Positions 14,864 to 26,476 of a stretch of 64,000 nt of DNA are shown one piece after another (position 1 is the first letter of the stretch; the number at the start of each line of letters is the position of its first letter). The position numbers were made by a program, and so were the translations under genes. The notes beneath the pieces are model-generated. The model did not search any database, was not told where the DNA came from, and worked only from the letters and a program-made list of their open reading frames with translations. Source of the stretch: Pseudomonadota bacterium (GTDB lineage Bacteria > Pseudomonadota > Gammaproteobacteria > Burkholderiales > Burkholderiaceae_A); the NCBI GenBank assembly GCA_041165705.1, contig JBEAMW010000062.1, positions 1,580 to 65,579 on the forward strand. The letters are read 5' to 3'.

Positions 14864-15616
14864 ATGTCTGTATCTATGCGTGAGATGTTAGAGGCTGGCG
14901 TTCATTTTGGACACCAAACCCGGTTCTGGAACCCCAAGATGGCCCCCTATATCTTCGGCCATCGCAACAAGATTCACATCATCAACCTCGAAGCCACTGT
15001 GGCAAATATGACGGACGCAATCAAGTTCGTCCGCCAGCTGTCTTCACGCCGCGGCAGCATCATGTTCGTCGGCACCAAGCGCGCGTCCCGCGAGATCATG
15101 CAAGAAGAGGCCACCCGCGCCGGCATGCCTTTTGTCGACCAGCGCTGGCTCGGCGGCATGCTCACCAACTTCAAAACCGTGAAAACCTCGATCAAGCGCC
15201 TCAAGGACATGGAAGCCCTGTCCGAAGAGGGCGGCCTCGAGCGCATGTCCAAGAAGGAAGCGCTCTCCCACAGCCGTGAGCTCGAGAAGCTGAACAAGAC
15301 ACTCGGCGGCATCAAGGACATGGCTGGCCTGCCTGACGCCCTCTTTGTGGTGGATGTGGGTTATCACAAGATTGCCATTCAGGAGGCCAACAAGCTGGGC
15401 ATCCCGGTCGTCGGCATCGTCGATACCAACCACTCCCCCGAGGGCGTGGACTACGTCATCCCCGGCAACGACGACGCCAGCCGTGCAGTGCGTCTCTATG
15501 CCCGGGCGGTGGCCGATGCCATCCTCGAGGGCCGTCATGACGCCGTGGCCGATGTGGTGGCCGCCGTTCAGGAGTCGGAAGAGTTTGTAGAAGTTAACGA
15601 AGAGGCCTCGGCATAA
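14864..15616 (+). CDS. rpsB: 30S ribosomal protein S2
   Basis: [28 protein letters not shown] and PGNDD. Confidence 0.99.
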   Translation: MSVSMREMLEAGVHFGHQTRFWNPKMAPYIFGHRNKIHIINLEATVANMTDAIKFVRQLSSRRGSIMFVGTKRASREIMQEEATRAGMPFVDQRWLGGMLTNFKTVKTSIKRLKDMEALSEEGGLERMSKKEALSHSRELEKLNKTLGGIKDMAGLPDALFVVDVGYHKIAIQEANKLGIPVVGIVDTNHSPEGVDYVIPGNDDASRAVRLYARAVADAILEGRHDAVADVVAAVQESEEFVEVNEEASA

Positions 15617-15637
15617 CCGACGCCTCCTAGCACCACG

Positions 15638-15662
15638 AGGGGCTCACCGGCCCCTTTTTTTT
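15638..15662 (+). terminator. Intrinsic terminator/attenuator between rpsB and tsf
   Basis: AGGGGC-TCACCG-GCCCCT stem-loop; the T8 tract at 15655-15662 begins with the last stem base. Confidence 0.75.
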
Positions 15663-15683
15663 AACCGAATATTGGAGAACAAG

Positions 15684-16565
15684 ATGCCTGAGATCACCGC
15701 TGGAATGGTCAAGGAGCTTCGGGAAAAGACCGACGCGCCCATGATGGAATGCAAGAAGGCCCTGACCGAAGCCGAAGGCGATATGACCAAAGCTGAGGAA
15801 ATTCTGCGGGTTCGCCTGGGCTCCAAAGCCTCTAAGGCAGCCACGCGGATTGCCGCTGAGGGCATCGTGGCCATTGCCATTGAGGGCCAGCAGGGCGTCA
15901 TGCTCGAGATCAACTGCGAGACCGATTTCGTCGCCAAGAATGACGACTTCCTCGCCTTTGCGGATAACGTGGCAAGGCTCATCCTCACCAGCCAGGTCAG
16001 CTCGGTAGAAGAAGTGTCTGCACTCCCCCTGGGCGATGGCACCGTCGACTCGGTTCGTGCAGCGCTGGTGGGCAAGATCGGCGAGAACATGACCCTCCGT
16101 CGTTTCGTGAAGCAGACCTCCAGCGGCCAGTTCTACAGCTACATCCATGGCGGCTCGAAGATCGGCGTTCTGCTCGACCTGCAGGGTGGCGATGCCCAGC
16201 TGGGCCGCGATCTGGCCATGCATATTGCAGCCTCCAAGCCCAAGTCACTGGATGCCTCCGGCGTCGACCCCGCGCTGATCGAGTCTGAGAAGCGCGTGGC
16301 CGCGGAGAAGGCCGCCGAGTCGGGCAAGCCAGCTGACATCGTGGCGAAGATGGTGGACGGTGCGGTGGCGAAGTTCCTCAAGGATGTCACCCTCTTAGGC
16401 CAGGTCTTTGTAAAGGCTGAGGATGGCAAGCAGACCATCGAGCAGCTCCTCAAGGTGAAGGGCGCCCAGATTCATGGCTTTACGCTCTACATCGTGGGTG
16501 AGGGCATCGAGAAGAAGGTCACCGACTTCGCTGCTGAGGTGGCTGCCGCCGCTCGCGGCGCCTAA
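15684..16565 (+). CDS. tsf: Elongation factor Ts
   Basis: [18 protein letters not shown] and [10 protein letters not shown]; SD GGAG before ATG 15684. Confidence 0.98.
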   Translation: MPEITAGMVKELREKTDAPMMECKKALTEAEGDMTKAEEILRVRLGSKASKAATRIAAEGIVAIAIEGQQGVMLEINCETDFVAKNDDFLAFADNVARLILTSQVSSVEEVSALPLGDGTVDSVRAALVGKIGENMTLRRFVKQTSSGQFYSYIHGGSKIGVLLDLQGGDAQLGRDLAMHIAASKPKSLDASGVDPALIESEKRVAAEKAAESGKPADIVAKMVDGAVAKFLKDVTLLGQVFVKAEDGKQTIEQLLKVKGAQIHGFTLYIVGEGIEKKVTDFAAEVAAAARGA

Positions 16566-16584
16566 GCAGACTCAGGGGGGCGCT

Positions 16585-17301
16585 ATGTCCAACCAGCCGT
16601 TTCGCCGCGTACTCCTGAAGCTCTCGGGCGAGGCCCTCATGGGCGATACCGCCTATGGCATCGATAAAGACACCCTGGGTCGCATCGTGGAGGAGCTGGC
16701 CCAGGTGGTCGAGTTTGGCACCCAGCTTGCGGTGGTGATTGGGGGCGGAAATATCTTTCGTGGCGTGGCCCTGGGCTCAACGGGCATGGACCGCGCCACT
16801 GCGGATTACATGGGCATGATCGCAACTGTCATGAACGCCCTGGCCCTCCAGGACGCCATTCGGCAGAAGGGGATGGTGGCCCGGGTTCAGTCCGCGCTCC
16901 GCATCGACCAGGTGATCGAGCCCTACATCCGTCCCAAGGCCATCCGCTATCTGGAAGAAGGCAAGATTGTCATCTTCGCAGCTGGAACCGGTAACCCCTT
17001 CTTCACCACCGATACGGCTGCAGCGCTCCGCGGGGCGGAGATCGGTGCAGAGATTGTGCTTAAGGCCACCAAGGTGGATGGAATCTACACCGCCGATCCG
17101 GCCAAAGATCCCAAGGCCACTCGGTATGAGCAGGTGAGTTTTGATGAGGCAATTTCGCGTAACCTCAAAGTGATGGACGCCACCGCATTTGCACTCTGCC
17201 GTGACCAGCGCCTGCCCATTCGGGTGCTGAGCGTGTTTAAGCCTGGGGCGCTGCTGGCCGCTGTTCGCGGTGAGCCAGAGGGCACCCTGGTCCATGTCTA
17301 G
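16585..17301 (+). CDS. pyrH: UMP kinase
   Basis: [17 protein letters not shown] and [10 protein letters not shown]. Confidence 0.98.
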   Translation: MSNQPFRRVLLKLSGEALMGDTAYGIDKDTLGRIVEELAQVVEFGTQLAVVIGGGNIFRGVALGSTGMDRATADYMGMIATVMNALALQDAIRQKGMVARVQSALRIDQVIEPYIRPKAIRYLEEGKIVIFAAGTGNPFFTTDTAAALRGAEIGAEIVLKATKVDGIYTADPAKDPKATRYEQVSFDEAISRNLKVMDATAFALCRDQRLPIRVLSVFKPGALLAAVRGEPEGTLVHV

Positions 17302-17326
17302 AATGCGCTGAAAAGGAGAACTCCGC

Positions 17327-17887
17327 ATGAATCCTCAGGAAGTGAAGCAGGCCGCCGACCAGAAAATGTCCCGCAGTCTGGAGTCCCTCAAGACCAATCT
17401 CTCCAAGATCCGCACCGGGCGTGCGCATCCAGGCCTTCTGGAAAATATTCAGGTGGACTACTACGGGAGTCCCACCCCGCTGTCTCAAGTGGCCAACCTC
17501 ACCCTCATCGACGCCAGAACGATCGGTGTTGCTCCCTGGGAAAAAAAGATGGTGGCCGTGGTGGAGAAGGCGATTCGGGAGTCGGATCTTGGCCTGAATC
17601 CCGCCAACAGCGGCGATCTCATTCGTGTCCCCATGCCTCCCCTCACGGAGGAGCGCCGCAAGGAGCTCACCAAGGTTGTGAAGGGCGAGGGCGAGGAAGC
17701 CAAGGTGGCTATTCGTAACATCCGTCGCGATGCCAACGAGCAGCTCAAGAAGGCCGTTAAGGACAAGCTCATTTCTGAAGATGACGAGCGTCGCGCGCAG
17801 GACGACATTCAGAAGATCACCGATCGTTTTGTTGCGGAAGTCGATAAGCTCATCAGCCAGAAAGAGGCCGAGCTCATGACGGTCTAA
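17327..17887 (+). CDS. frr: Ribosome recycling factor
   Basis: [20 protein letters not shown] and AIRNIRRD. Confidence 0.98.
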   Translation: MNPQEVKQAADQKMSRSLESLKTNLSKIRTGRAHPGLLENIQVDYYGSPTPLSQVANLTLIDARTIGVAPWEKKMVAVVEKAIRESDLGLNPANSGDLIRVPMPPLTEERRKELTKVVKGEGEEAKVAIRNIRRDANEQLKKAVKDKLISEDDERRAQDDIQKITDRFVAEVDKLISQKEAELMTV

Positions 17888-17899
17888 GCGAGGCCCAGA

Positions 17900-18676
17900 G
17901 TGCCTTCGAAGATCCAGAGCTCGACGCTCATGGTGCCCGAAGTGGGGGACATGCCCCGCCATGTCGCGGTCATCATGGACGGCAATGGCCGATGGGCCAC
18001 CAGCCGCATGCTCCCCAGGATGGCCGGCCACGAGCGTGGCGTTGCAGCCCTGCGCGCCATCGTTGAGGCTTGCGCAACACGCGGGATCGAGGCGCTCACC
18101 GTCTTTGCCTTCAGCTCAGAGAACTGGCGTCGGCCTGAAGAAGAAGTGAGTTTTCTCATGGGCCTGTTTCTAAGGGCTCTGCAGCGAGAGGTCCGCTCTC
18201 TCCATGCCGCCCAGGTTCAGCTCCGTGTGGTGGGCGATCTGTCTGCCTTCAGTCAGAAGCTTCGCGATGCCATCGTTGCGGCTGAGGCCAAGACCGCAAA
18301 CAACACAGGCCTGGTGCTCTCTGTGGCCGTCAACTACGGCGGTCGTTGGGATCTGCTAGCGGCGATGCGTCGCATGCTGGATGAGCGTCCCGAACTCGCC
18401 GAGGCAGGCCGAGCCATTACCGAAGAGCACCTCACCCCTTATTTGTCCCTGGCCGACCTGCCCGAGCCCGATCTCTTTATCCGCACCGGAGGAGAGACCC
18501 GCGTGAGCAACTTCATGCTCTGGCAGCTCGCCTATACCGAGTTTTATTTCACGGACTGCCTCTGGCCAGACTTCGGCGAGGAGGCGTTCGCGCGCGCCCT
18601 GCAGGCCTATCGCTCCCGAGAGAGACGATTTGGCCGGGCACCTGGGCAGGCCCGCGTGGCCGCCCGCACATGCTAA
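17900..18676 (+). CDS. uppS: Undecaprenyl diphosphate synthase
   Basis: [28 protein letters not shown] and RRFG. Confidence 0.97.
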   Translation: MPSKIQSSTLMVPEVGDMPRHVAVIMDGNGRWATSRMLPRMAGHERGVAALRAIVEACATRGIEALTVFAFSSENWRRPEEEVSFLMGLFLRALQREVRSLHAAQVQLRVVGDLSAFSQKLRDAIVAAEAKTANNTGLVLSVAVNYGGRWDLLAAMRRMLDERPELAEAGRAITEEHLTPYLSLADLPEPDLFIRTGGETRVSNFMLWQLAYTEFYFTDCLWPDFGEEAFARALQAYRSRERRFGRAPGQARVAARTC

Positions 18677-19497
18677 TCACCCGCGTTCTTACTGCGCTGG
18701 TTCTTCTTGGTGTTCTCGTTCCCTGGGCGCTCTGGTCGAGCGCTGTCGGGTTTGCAGCAGGCTGCCTGGTCATCTGTGTCTGGTGCCTCAGGGAGTGGTC
18801 CAGTCTTCTGGCGCTGCCTCAGGGTGCTGAATGGGCTGCCCCTGTGGCACTGCTGGTGGGAGGGCTCTTGTGGCTCATCGATGGCTGGCTCCTGCCGGCT
18901 GACCTCCTGCCCTGGGTGGCGCTCCCGGCCACTCTGGCCTGGCTGTTCTGGGTGCCATGGACCATCAGCCGCGTGAGCACTCCTCGGCAATGGCGGGGTC
19001 TTGCGTTCGCTCTTCTGGCCTGCCTCGCTGCCTTCGTAAGCCTCTGGGAGGCGCGCCTCCAGGGCTTATCCTTTCTGTTGTCTGTCCTGTTGTTGGTCTG
19101 GATTGCCGACACGGGCGCGTATTTTTCGGGCAGGGCCTTTGGGCGCAGAAAGCTCGCCCCATCGATCAGTCCCGGAAAGACCTGGGCCGGAGTGGTGGGG
19201 GCCCTGGTGCTCAACCTGGTCTATTCGGTGAGTGCAACGCTCTATTGGCCTGAGAGCTGGCCCAATCTGATGAGCTGGGCAAGCGGGTGGATTGGTCTGG
19301 TCTGCGCCACCCTGCTGATTACCCTGGTGGCGGTCTGGGCAGACCTCCATCAGTCGCTCTTGAAGCGTCAGGCGGGTGTCAAAGACTCCGGGCGGGTGTT
19401 GCCGGGCCATGGTGGCGTGTTCGACCGGATCGACGCGATGATTGCGGTACTCCCGCTTGCACTGCTGGCATTATGGTGGGCAGACGGGACCCTCTAG
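18670..19497 (+). CDS. cdsA: Phosphatidate cytidylyltransferase
   Basis: Polytopic membrane protein with ISPGKTW, KR..GVKDSG and PGHGG.FDR.D. Confidence 0.95.
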   Translation: MLITRVLTALVLLGVLVPWALWSSAVGFAAGCLVICVWCLREWSSLLALPQGAEWAAPVALLVGGLLWLIDGWLLPADLLPWVALPATLAWLFWVPWTISRVSTPRQWRGLAFALLACLAAFVSLWEARLQGLSFLLSVLLLVWIADTGAYFSGRAFGRRKLAPSISPGKTWAGVVGALVLNLVYSVSATLYWPESWPNLMSWASGWIGLVCATLLITLVAVWADLHQSLLKRQAGVKDSGRVLPGHGGVFDRIDAMIAVLPLALLALWWADGTL

Positions 19498-19528
19498 AGG
19501 TCCTCGCGGATCGCGCAAGGGAGGCAGG

Positions 19529-20731
19529 ATGAAAACCGTTACCGTACTGGGTGCTACTGGGTCCATCGGAGACAGCACGCTCAACCTCGTGGCCCAGCAT
19601 CCAGACCAGTTTCAGGTCTTTGGGCTCAGTGCCAATTCAGACGTCGACGGCATGCTGGATCTGGCCGAGCGGTTCCATCCGCGGATGGTGGCGATGGCCT
19701 CGCCTCGGGCAGCGGAGCAACTTCGGTCGCGGCTTCGGGTCCACGCGGATCAGCGCCTGAGGTCACTCGAGTGCCTCGAGGGAGAGGCGGGCCTCACTGC
19801 ACTGGCGCAGGGGGAAGGGCCTCAGCTGGTGGTGGCGGGCATCGTTGGCGTGGCTGGCCTTCGGTCGGTCTGGGAGGCCGTCAGCTGTGGGCACACGGTG
19901 CTGCTGGCCAACAAAGAGGCGCTGGTCTGCGCCGGTGGCCTCATGGCGGCTCAGTCGCTTGCGCATGGCGCCTGCATGCTTCCCGTCGACAGCGAACACA
20001 ATGCCATCTTCCAGTGCCTTGGATCGGGCTACCAGTGTTTTACACCGCCGTCCCATGTCCGTCGACTGCTGCTCACGGCCTCAGGTGGGCCATTTCGCAC
20101 CTGGCGTCGAGAAGAGATCGCACAGGCCACGCCTGCGCAGGCCGTGAAGCACCCAAACTGGTCGATGGGGCAGAAGATTTCAGTCGATTCTGCCTCGCTG
20201 ATGAACAAAGGCCTGGAGCTGATCGAGGCGCATTGGCTCTTTTCCATGCCCAGCCAGCAGATTGAGGTGGTGGTGCATCCCCAAAGCGTGATTCATTCCA
20301 TGGTGGAGTTTGAGGACGGCTCAACCCTGGCTCAGCTGGGCTCGCCGGATATGCGAACGCCAATCGGCCACGCACTCGCCTGGCCTGCTCGAGTGAGTAC
20401 ACAGGTTGCGTCCTTGGACTGGACGACGCTCAAGCAGCTCGACTTTGAGCAGCCCGACCTTGATCGTTTTCCTGCGCTTCGGCTTGCCCGAAGCTGCCTT
20501 GAGTCCGGGCTGGCCGCCACCAATGTGCTGAATGCCGCAAATGAGGCAGGGGTGGCGGCTTTCCTGTCTGGTGAACTGAGCTTCGGCGCCATGGTCCAAG
20601 TGATCGAGGACACCGTGAACCAGCTCGCCCCAACCCTCTCCCACCCCACCGCGCTTGAAGACGTGTTTGAGATCGACCGCCAGGCCCGAGCTCACGCCTC
20701 CGGCCTGATCCGTCGCGCCCAACATGCCTAG
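19529..20731 (+). CDS. dxr: 1-deoxy-D-xylulose-5-phosphate reductoisomerase
   Basis: LGATGSIG, LANKE, PVDSEH, TASGGPF, HPNWSMG and NKGLE. Confidence 0.97.
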   Translation: MKTVTVLGATGSIGDSTLNLVAQHPDQFQVFGLSANSDVDGMLDLAERFHPRMVAMASPRAAEQLRSRLRVHADQRLRSLECLEGEAGLTALAQGEGPQLVVAGIVGVAGLRSVWEAVSCGHTVLLANKEALVCAGGLMAAQSLAHGACMLPVDSEHNAIFQCLGSGYQCFTPPSHVRRLLLTASGGPFRTWRREEIAQATPAQAVKHPNWSMGQKISVDSASLMNKGLELIEAHWLFSMPSQQIEVVVHPQSVIHSMVEFEDGSTLAQLGSPDMRTPIGHALAWPARVSTQVASLDWTTLKQLDFEQPDLDRFPALRLARSCLESGLAATNVLNAANEAGVAAFLSGELSFGAMVQVIEDTVNQLAPTLSHPTALEDVFEIDRQARAHASGLIRRAQHA

Positions 20732-20740
20732 CGCTCATCC

Positions 20741-22054
20741 ATGACCCTGATCTGGTTTCTGGTCGCAGTTGGACTTCTAGTCTTTATCCACGAGTCCGGC
20801 CACTATTGGGCCGCGCGGTCCGTGGGCCTCCCCGTGGAGCGATTCTCTGTGGGCTTTGGGCCGGTGCTCTTGCGTCGCAGAGACTCCAGAGGATGCGAAT
20901 GGGCCCTCTCTGCCATTCCTCTGGGGGGCTATGTCAAGCTTCAGCTCGAGCAGGCTTCGCTTCTCGCTCGCGCTTGGGTGGTCTCTGCTGGGCCGCTCGC
21001 AAACTTTGTGTTTGCCATCCTCGCCTACGCCGCGCTGGCTGCCTCGCCGAGAGACGAGCCGCTCGCCATCCTCGCGCAGCCCGCTGCCCAGAGCCCCGCC
21101 GCGTTGGCGGGCCTCAGGGCGGGGGACGAGGTGAAGGCGGTGCAGGGCCAGCCGGTCGAGCATTTTCAAGACCTTCGGTGGGCATTGTTGCGTGAGGCTG
21201 TGCGTGAGGGAGAGATCCGGTCCAGCCTCACGGTCAGTCATCAGGGCAGCACGCGGGAGCTCTTGCTGGTGGTCCCTGCAAGCGCCCGGTCCGCAGTGGA
21301 TGGCCCCGAGGAACTGCTCGGCCGTTCGGGGCTTCGGCTTCAGTCTCGTGCGGTTCGGATCACCCAAGTGATGCCCGGCTCGCCCGCCGACCGAGCCGGT
21401 GTGCGCGCAGGTCAGGTGGCTCTGGCGCTGGATGGCGTTCCCTTGGAGCAGCCTGAGTCTTTGATTCAACGCGTTCGGACGGCGCCCGATCTCCCGATTC
21501 GTCTCACCCTCGTTTCTGTGAACCCCGAGCGGCCCCTTGAGGAGCTGCCCGGGTCCCAGACCACGCTCGAGATCAAGCCCCAACGGATGCCGGATGGCCA
21601 GCCGCGGATTGGCCTAGGCCTCGCCCCTGTTGTGGCAACGGTGTCGGTTCAGGAGGGGCTGGTCGGGGCATTGGTGTTGGGGGTTCAGCGCACGGCCGAC
21701 ATGACCGCGCTCTCCCTCACCGCCCTCGGCAGAATGCTCACCGGTGACCTGAGCTGGCGTCAGCTCAGCGGCCCAGCCACCATGGCAGATGCGGCAGGGC
21801 AGAGTGCCGATCGTGGCAGCTTTGCCTTTCTGGGCTTTCTGGCCCTCGTGAGCGTCAGTATTGGCATTCTCAACCTACTGCCCGTGCCCATGCTGGATGG
21901 TGGGCACCTCCTGTATTATGCGATCGAGTTTGTGAGGGGAAGACCGCTCTCGGAGAGCGCCCAACACATGGGTCAGCAGCTTGGCCTTGTGGCCATTCTC
22001 TCTCTTACTAGCCTCGCTCTGGTCAGCGATCTGCTTCGTTACTTCGGCTCCTAA
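20741..22054 (+). CDS. rseP: RIP metalloprotease RseP
   Basis: HESGH (HExxH), FSVGFG, PDZ domains and NLLP.P.LDGG. Confidence 0.93.
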   Translation: MTLIWFLVAVGLLVFIHESGHYWAARSVGLPVERFSVGFGPVLLRRRDSRGCEWALSAIPLGGYVKLQLEQASLLARAWVVSAGPLANFVFAILAYAALAASPRDEPLAILAQPAAQSPAALAGLRAGDEVKAVQGQPVEHFQDLRWALLREAVREGEIRSSLTVSHQGSTRELLLVVPASARSAVDGPEELLGRSGLRLQSRAVRITQVMPGSPADRAGVRAGQVALALDGVPLEQPESLIQRVRTAPDLPIRLTLVSVNPERPLEELPGSQTTLEIKPQRMPDGQPRIGLGLAPVVATVSVQEGLVGALVLGVQRTADMTALSLTALGRMLTGDLSWRQLSGPATMADAAGQSADRGSFAFLGFLALVSVSIGILNLLPVPMLDGGHLLYYAIEFVRGRPLSESAQHMGQQLGLVAILSLTSLALVSDLLRYFGS

Positions 22055-22057
22055 TTC

Positions 22058-24394
22058 ATGTCCAATTCGCTTCTGCGCAGCACCCTCCCTCTTGCCATCG
22101 CGGCCCTCTTCACCAGCCCACTGGCGATCGCCCAGGTTCAGCTTCCGGCGCCGGGCAGCGTTGCCCCCGTGCCTAGTGGGCCTGAGGCGGTCACGCTTCA
22201 GGATGTTCGCGTCGAGGGCCTGTCCCGCATCGAGCCGGGAACTGTCTTCTCCTATCTGCCTGTCAAGGTGGGCGATCGCGTGAGCCAGGAGAGCATTGCT
22301 GCCGCAGTTCGTGCGCTCTTTGCCACTGGCTTCTTCAAGGATGTGCAGGTGGCCCTTGAAGGGCGAGTCCTGGTGGTCCTGGTGGAGGAGCGTCCGGCCA
22401 TTGGCGCACTCGAAGTGACCGGTGCGAAAGAATTTGAAGGAGACACGCTGAAGAAGGCCCTCGCCGACTCAGGCATTGCTGAGGCGCGGATTTTTGATCG
22501 TGCCGTGCTTGATCGTGCCGAGCAGGAAATCAAGCGACAGTATCTGGGGCGCGGCAAGTACGACGTCCAGGTTCAGACCACAGTCACGCCCCTGGAGCGC
22601 AACCGGGTTGCGCTCTCCATTGCGATCGATGAGGGGGAGGATGCGCGTATTCGCGAGATCCGCATCGTGGGAGCCAAGCGTTTCTCACAGAGCGAACTCC
22701 TTAAGGAGTTTCAGTTGTCCCCGTCTGGGTGGCTGAGCTGGTACACCAAGTCAGACCAGTACTCGCGCCAGAAGCTCTCGGCCGACCTCGAAGCCTTGCG
22801 CTCCTTCTACCTCAACCGGGGATACCTGGAATTCAACATCGACTCGAGCCTGGTCTCACTCTCCACCGACCGAAAAGAGGTGACGATTACGCTGGTCGTG
22901 CAAGAGGGCGAGCCATTCCGTCTGGGCGATGTCACCCTCGGTGGTGACATGCTGGGCCAAGAGGATGCCTTCCGGAAGATGATCAAGCTCAAGAAGGGCG
23001 ATCTCTACGTGAACGAGCAGATGCTCGCGCTCACCAAACAGATGACCGATCGGCTGGGCGACCTGGGATATGCGTTTGCCAACGTCACGCCCATCCCCCA
23101 GCTCAATCGAGAGACCAAGACCGCCGACTTTCTGCTGCAGGTTGATCCCGCGCGTCGTGTCTATGTCCGGAGAATCAACATCACCGGAAATGCCAAGACA
23201 CGAGACGAGGTGATCCGCAGAGAGATTCGTCAGATGGAGGCGTCCTGGTATGACGGCGAACGGATTAAAAACTCAAGAAATCGAATCGATCGTCTGGGCT
23301 ACTTCAAGGCGGTGGAGCTCGATACCGAACAGGTGGTGGGTTCGAGCGATCAGGTGGATGTCAATGTCAAGGTGGAGGAGCTCCCACTGGGTAGCTTCAC
23401 CTTTGGCGCGGGCTTCTCCAGCACAGAAAAGCTCGTCTTCTCAGGGTCCTTCAGCCAGCAGAACTTCCTGGGCTCAGGCACAAGCCTAAGCCTTGAGGTG
23501 AACACCAGCCGAGTGAGCCGAGTGCTGGCCGTGAGCTACGGAGATCCGTATTTCACCGACGATGGCATCTCACGTTCAATCGATGTCTACACGCGTACCT
23601 TCAACGCTGACGAGCTCACAGCCCTCGCCGACTACAAGCTTCAGTCCACCGGAATGGGGGTTCGGTTTGGCGTGCCCTACACGGATGAAGACCGCCTATT
23701 CCTTGGTGCGGTGGCGGAACAGACCAAGGTGGAGGGGCAGCTCTCCGCCAACTGGACGTCATTCATTGAAACCTATGGCAATAAGGCCAACACAGTCTCG
23801 CTTACGGCAGGATGGTCGCGTGACACGCGAGACTCCGGGCTTGCCCCAACGCGCGGCGCCTATCAGTACGCCAACATTGAACTGGCAACGCCCTTGGGTG
23901 ATCTCGAGTATGTCAAAGGCAGTTACGGCCTTCAGTGGTTCCTGCCCGTCACTAAAACCATCACCTATGCCACCAACCTCGAAACCTCCTTTGGATTCGG
24001 CCTTGGAGACCAGAGATTCCCGGTGATCAAGAACTTCTACGCGGGGGGCATTGGCTCGGTACGGGCCTTCCAGTCCAGCGGCATCGGTCCTCGAGATGAA
24101 CTCGGCAGCGCTGTGGGAGGCAACCGTCGTTTCACCATCAACAACGAGCTGCTCTCGCCATTGCCCGGCATGTCCAATGACAAGTCCATCCGCGTGTTTG
24201 CCTACTTCGACCTTGGCACCGTCTGGGCAGAAGAAGACAAGCTCTCATTTGACGACCTGAGGGCCTCAGCAGGGCTTGGCCTCACCTGGCGCTCCCCGGT
24301 GGGCCCGCTGAAACTCAGCTTCGGTACACCCTTGCGCAAGAAGCCCACCGATACCACCCAACGCTTCCAGTTCCAGATCACCAACGGCTTCTAA
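22058..24394 (+). CDS. bamA: Outer membrane protein assembly factor BamA
   Basis: Signal peptide, POTRA repeats, GN.KTRDEVIRRE, loop-6 SVRAF, SPVGPL and terminal Phe. Confidence 0.96.
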   Translation: MSNSLLRSTLPLAIAALFTSPLAIAQVQLPAPGSVAPVPSGPEAVTLQDVRVEGLSRIEPGTVFSYLPVKVGDRVSQESIAAAVRALFATGFFKDVQVALEGRVLVVLVEERPAIGALEVTGAKEFEGDTLKKALADSGIAEARIFDRAVLDRAEQEIKRQYLGRGKYDVQVQTTVTPLERNRVALSIAIDEGEDARIREIRIVGAKRFSQSELLKEFQLSPSGWLSWYTKSDQYSRQKLSADLEALRSFYLNRGYLEFNIDSSLVSLSTDRKEVTITLVVQEGEPFRLGDVTLGGDMLGQEDAFRKMIKLKKGDLYVNEQMLALTKQMTDRLGDLGYAFANVTPIPQLNRETKTADFLLQVDPARRVYVRRINITGNAKTRDEVIRREIRQMEASWYDGERIKNSRNRIDRLGYFKAVELDTEQVVGSSDQVDVNVKVEELPLGSFTFGAGFSSTEKLVFSGSFSQQNFLGSGTSLSLEVNTSRVSRVLAVSYGDPYFTDDGISRSIDVYTRTFNADELTALADYKLQSTGMGVRFGVPYTDEDRLFLGAVAEQTKVEGQLSANWTSFIETYGNKANTVSLTAGWSRDTRDSGLAPTRGAYQYANIELATPLGDLEYVKGSYGLQWFLPVTKTITYATNLETSFGFGLGDQRFPVIKNFYAGGIGSVRAFQSSGIGPRDELGSAVGGNRRFTINNELLSPLPGMSNDKSIRVFAYFDLGTVWAEEDKLSFDDLRASAGLGLTWRSPVGPLKLSFGTPLRKKPTDTTQRFQFQITNGF

Positions 24395-24443
24395 GGGCTG
24401 TGAGACACTTTCACTTCCAGACTTCACCAAGGACTCCTGCACC

Positions 24444-24968
24444 ATGACTCGCGCGTTTTCGCTTCGCTCTATCCTGATGATGGCCTCTGCCGGCCTTGTG
24501 CTTGCCGCGGTTCCTGCCTCTGCCGCCGAGGCAAAGATCGGTTTCGTGAGCACAGACCGAGTACTTCGTGATTCCGCTCCCGCAAAGGCGGCCCAGAAGA
24601 AGCTCGAGACCGAGTTTGCGTCGAAGGAAAAGGAGCTCCAGGAGATGGTCGCTCGTCTCCGTGGCCTCTCCGAGAAGCTTGAGCGCGATGCAGCCACGAT
24701 GGCGGAGTCTGAGCGGGCCAAGCGTCAGCGTGAGATTGCCGACATGGAGCGGGATCTCCAGCGCCGCCAGCGTGAGTTTAGAGAGGATCTCAACCAGCGC
24801 CGCAATGAAGAACTGGCCGCTGTTGTGGAGCGCGCCAACAAGGCCATCCGCCAGATCGCCGAGGCCGAGAAGTACGACGTCATCTTCCAGGAAGCTGTGT
24901 TTGCCTCACCCCGCATCGACATCACCGAAAAAGTGATTCGTGCATTGAATGGGCCAGCAGCCAAGTAG
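24444..24968 (+). CDS. skp: Periplasmic chaperone Skp/OmpH
   Basis: Signal peptide, KIGFV, coiled coil and DIT.KVI; lies between bamA and lpxD. Confidence 0.93.
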   Translation: MTRAFSLRSILMMASAGLVLAAVPASAAEAKIGFVSTDRVLRDSAPAKAAQKKLETEFASKEKELQEMVARLRGLSEKLERDAATMAESERAKRQREIADMERDLQRRQREFREDLNQRRNEELAAVVERANKAIRQIAEAEKYDVIFQEAVFASPRIDITEKVIRALNGPAAK

Positions 24969-25962
24969 TCTTCTCCTCTCAACAGTGGCGCTGGAGCTCG
25001 GCGCCGAGTTTGAGGGTGATCCTCAGTTTGAGCTGAAGCGTTTTGCCCCGCTGGATGCGGCGGGGCCAGACGATGTGGTCTTCGTGGCGCATGAGCGCTA
25101 CCTTGAGGCCCTTCAAGTCTCTCAGGCTGGCGCAGTGGTGGTTCGGCCAGGACAGGCCAACCGCATTGGTGTCCGCCGCGCTCGAGTCCTCTGTGCCGAT
25201 CCATACCTCTTTTTTGCGCGTGCTGCGGGCCTCCTTGCCCGGCACGCCAGAGGCCAGTCCCTGCAGCAGACGTCCATTCATCCAAGCGCTGTGGTCGATC
25301 CCACGGCAGTGATCGGACAGGCCGTGCGCATCGGGCCGGGTGCTGTGGTCGAGGCGCATGCCGTCATAGAGGACGGGTGCGATCTAGGGCCGCAGGTGCT
25401 GATCGGCGAGTCCGCCCGGGTCGGGCCGGACTCGCTGCTGCATGCCCGCGTCACGCTCTATGCCGGCGTGCAGCTTGGAGCGCGCGCGGTGGTGCACGCG
25501 GGTGCCGTGCTCGGCTCTGACGGATTTGGCTTCGCGCCCGCCCCAGACCGATCCTGGGTCAAGATTCCCCAGATGGGTGGTCTCATGATCGGAGATGATG
25601 TTGAGATCGGCGCAAACACCACAATCGATCGGGGAGCCCTCAGCGATACCCGGATCGGACACGGCGTCAAACTCGACAATCAGATCCAGATTGCCCACAA
25701 CGTGGTGATTGGAGACCACTCGGCCCTCGCGGCCTGTGTGGGCGTGGCCGGGAGTGCCAGAATCGGCGCCTACTGCCAGATTGGAGGCGCGGCCGGAGTG
25801 CTGGGCCACCTTGAGATCGCAGACGGAACCATCATTGGGCCGATGAGCCTGGTGATGTCCTCGATCACTGAGCCTGGTAAATACGTGGGCTTCTATCCCC
25901 TCCAGCCGGAAAAAGAATGGCAGCGCAGCGCAGCGCGGGTGCGCCGCCTGTCAAAATCCTGA
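24949..25962 (+). CDS. lpxD: UDP-3-O-acyl-glucosamine N-acyltransferase
   Basis: Hexapeptide repeats, [15 protein letters not shown] and [12 protein letters not shown]. Start is uncertain (24949 or GTG 24985). Confidence 0.94.
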   Translation: MGQQPSSLLLSTVALELGAEFEGDPQFELKRFAPLDAAGPDDVVFVAHERYLEALQVSQAGAVVVRPGQANRIGVRRARVLCADPYLFFARAAGLLARHARGQSLQQTSIHPSAVVDPTAVIGQAVRIGPGAVVEAHAVIEDGCDLGPQVLIGESARVGPDSLLHARVTLYAGVQLGARAVVHAGAVLGSDGFGFAPAPDRSWVKIPQMGGLMIGDDVEIGANTTIDRGALSDTRIGHGVKLDNQIQIAHNVVIGDHSALAACVGVAGSARIGAYCQIGGAAGVLGHLEIADGTIIGPMSLVMSSITEPGKYVGFYPLQPEKEWQRSAARVRRLSKS

Positions 25963-26008
25963 TGTCCCGCGCATCAACACCTCTTGTTCGACTGAAACTG
26001 CCCACACT

Positions 26009-26476
26009 ATGACTGCACCGACGCCTGCTCTCGATATTCAAGCCATCATGGACACGCTTCCCCATCGCTACCCGTTTCTGCTGGTGGATCGGGTGTTGGA
26101 GGTGGTTCCAGGTGAGCGCCTTCTGGCGCAGAAGAATGTCTCCATCAACGAGCCTTTCTTCACGGGGCACTTTCCCAACTATTCGGTGATGCCAGGTGTG
26201 CTGGTGATTGAGGCACTGGCCCAGGCCGCTGGGATCCTCTCGTTCAAGACGATTCAGAGTCAGGCCCAGGACGGGCAGATCTACTTCTTTGCAGGGATCG
26301 ATAACTGTCGCTTCAAGCGTCCGGTAGTGCCTGGTGATGTGCTGATGCTCGAGGTGAGCATCGAGCGGCATGCCCGTGGGATCTGGAAGTACAAGACGAA
26401 GGCCTTGGTAGACGGCCAGCTGGCCGCGGAGGCCGATCTCATGTGCGCACTTCGCGAGGTTCCAAAGAGTGCCTAA
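26009..26476 (+). CDS. fabZ: 3-hydroxyacyl-ACP dehydratase
   Basis: [12 protein letters not shown] and FTGHFP...MPGVL.IEALAQ. Confidence 0.98.
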   Translation: MTAPTPALDIQAIMDTLPHRYPFLLVDRVLEVVPGERLLAQKNVSINEPFFTGHFPNYSVMPGVLVIEALAQAAGILSFKTIQSQAQDGQIYFFAGIDNCRFKRPVVPGDVLMLEVSIERHARGIWKYKTKALVDGQLAAEADLMCALREVPKSA

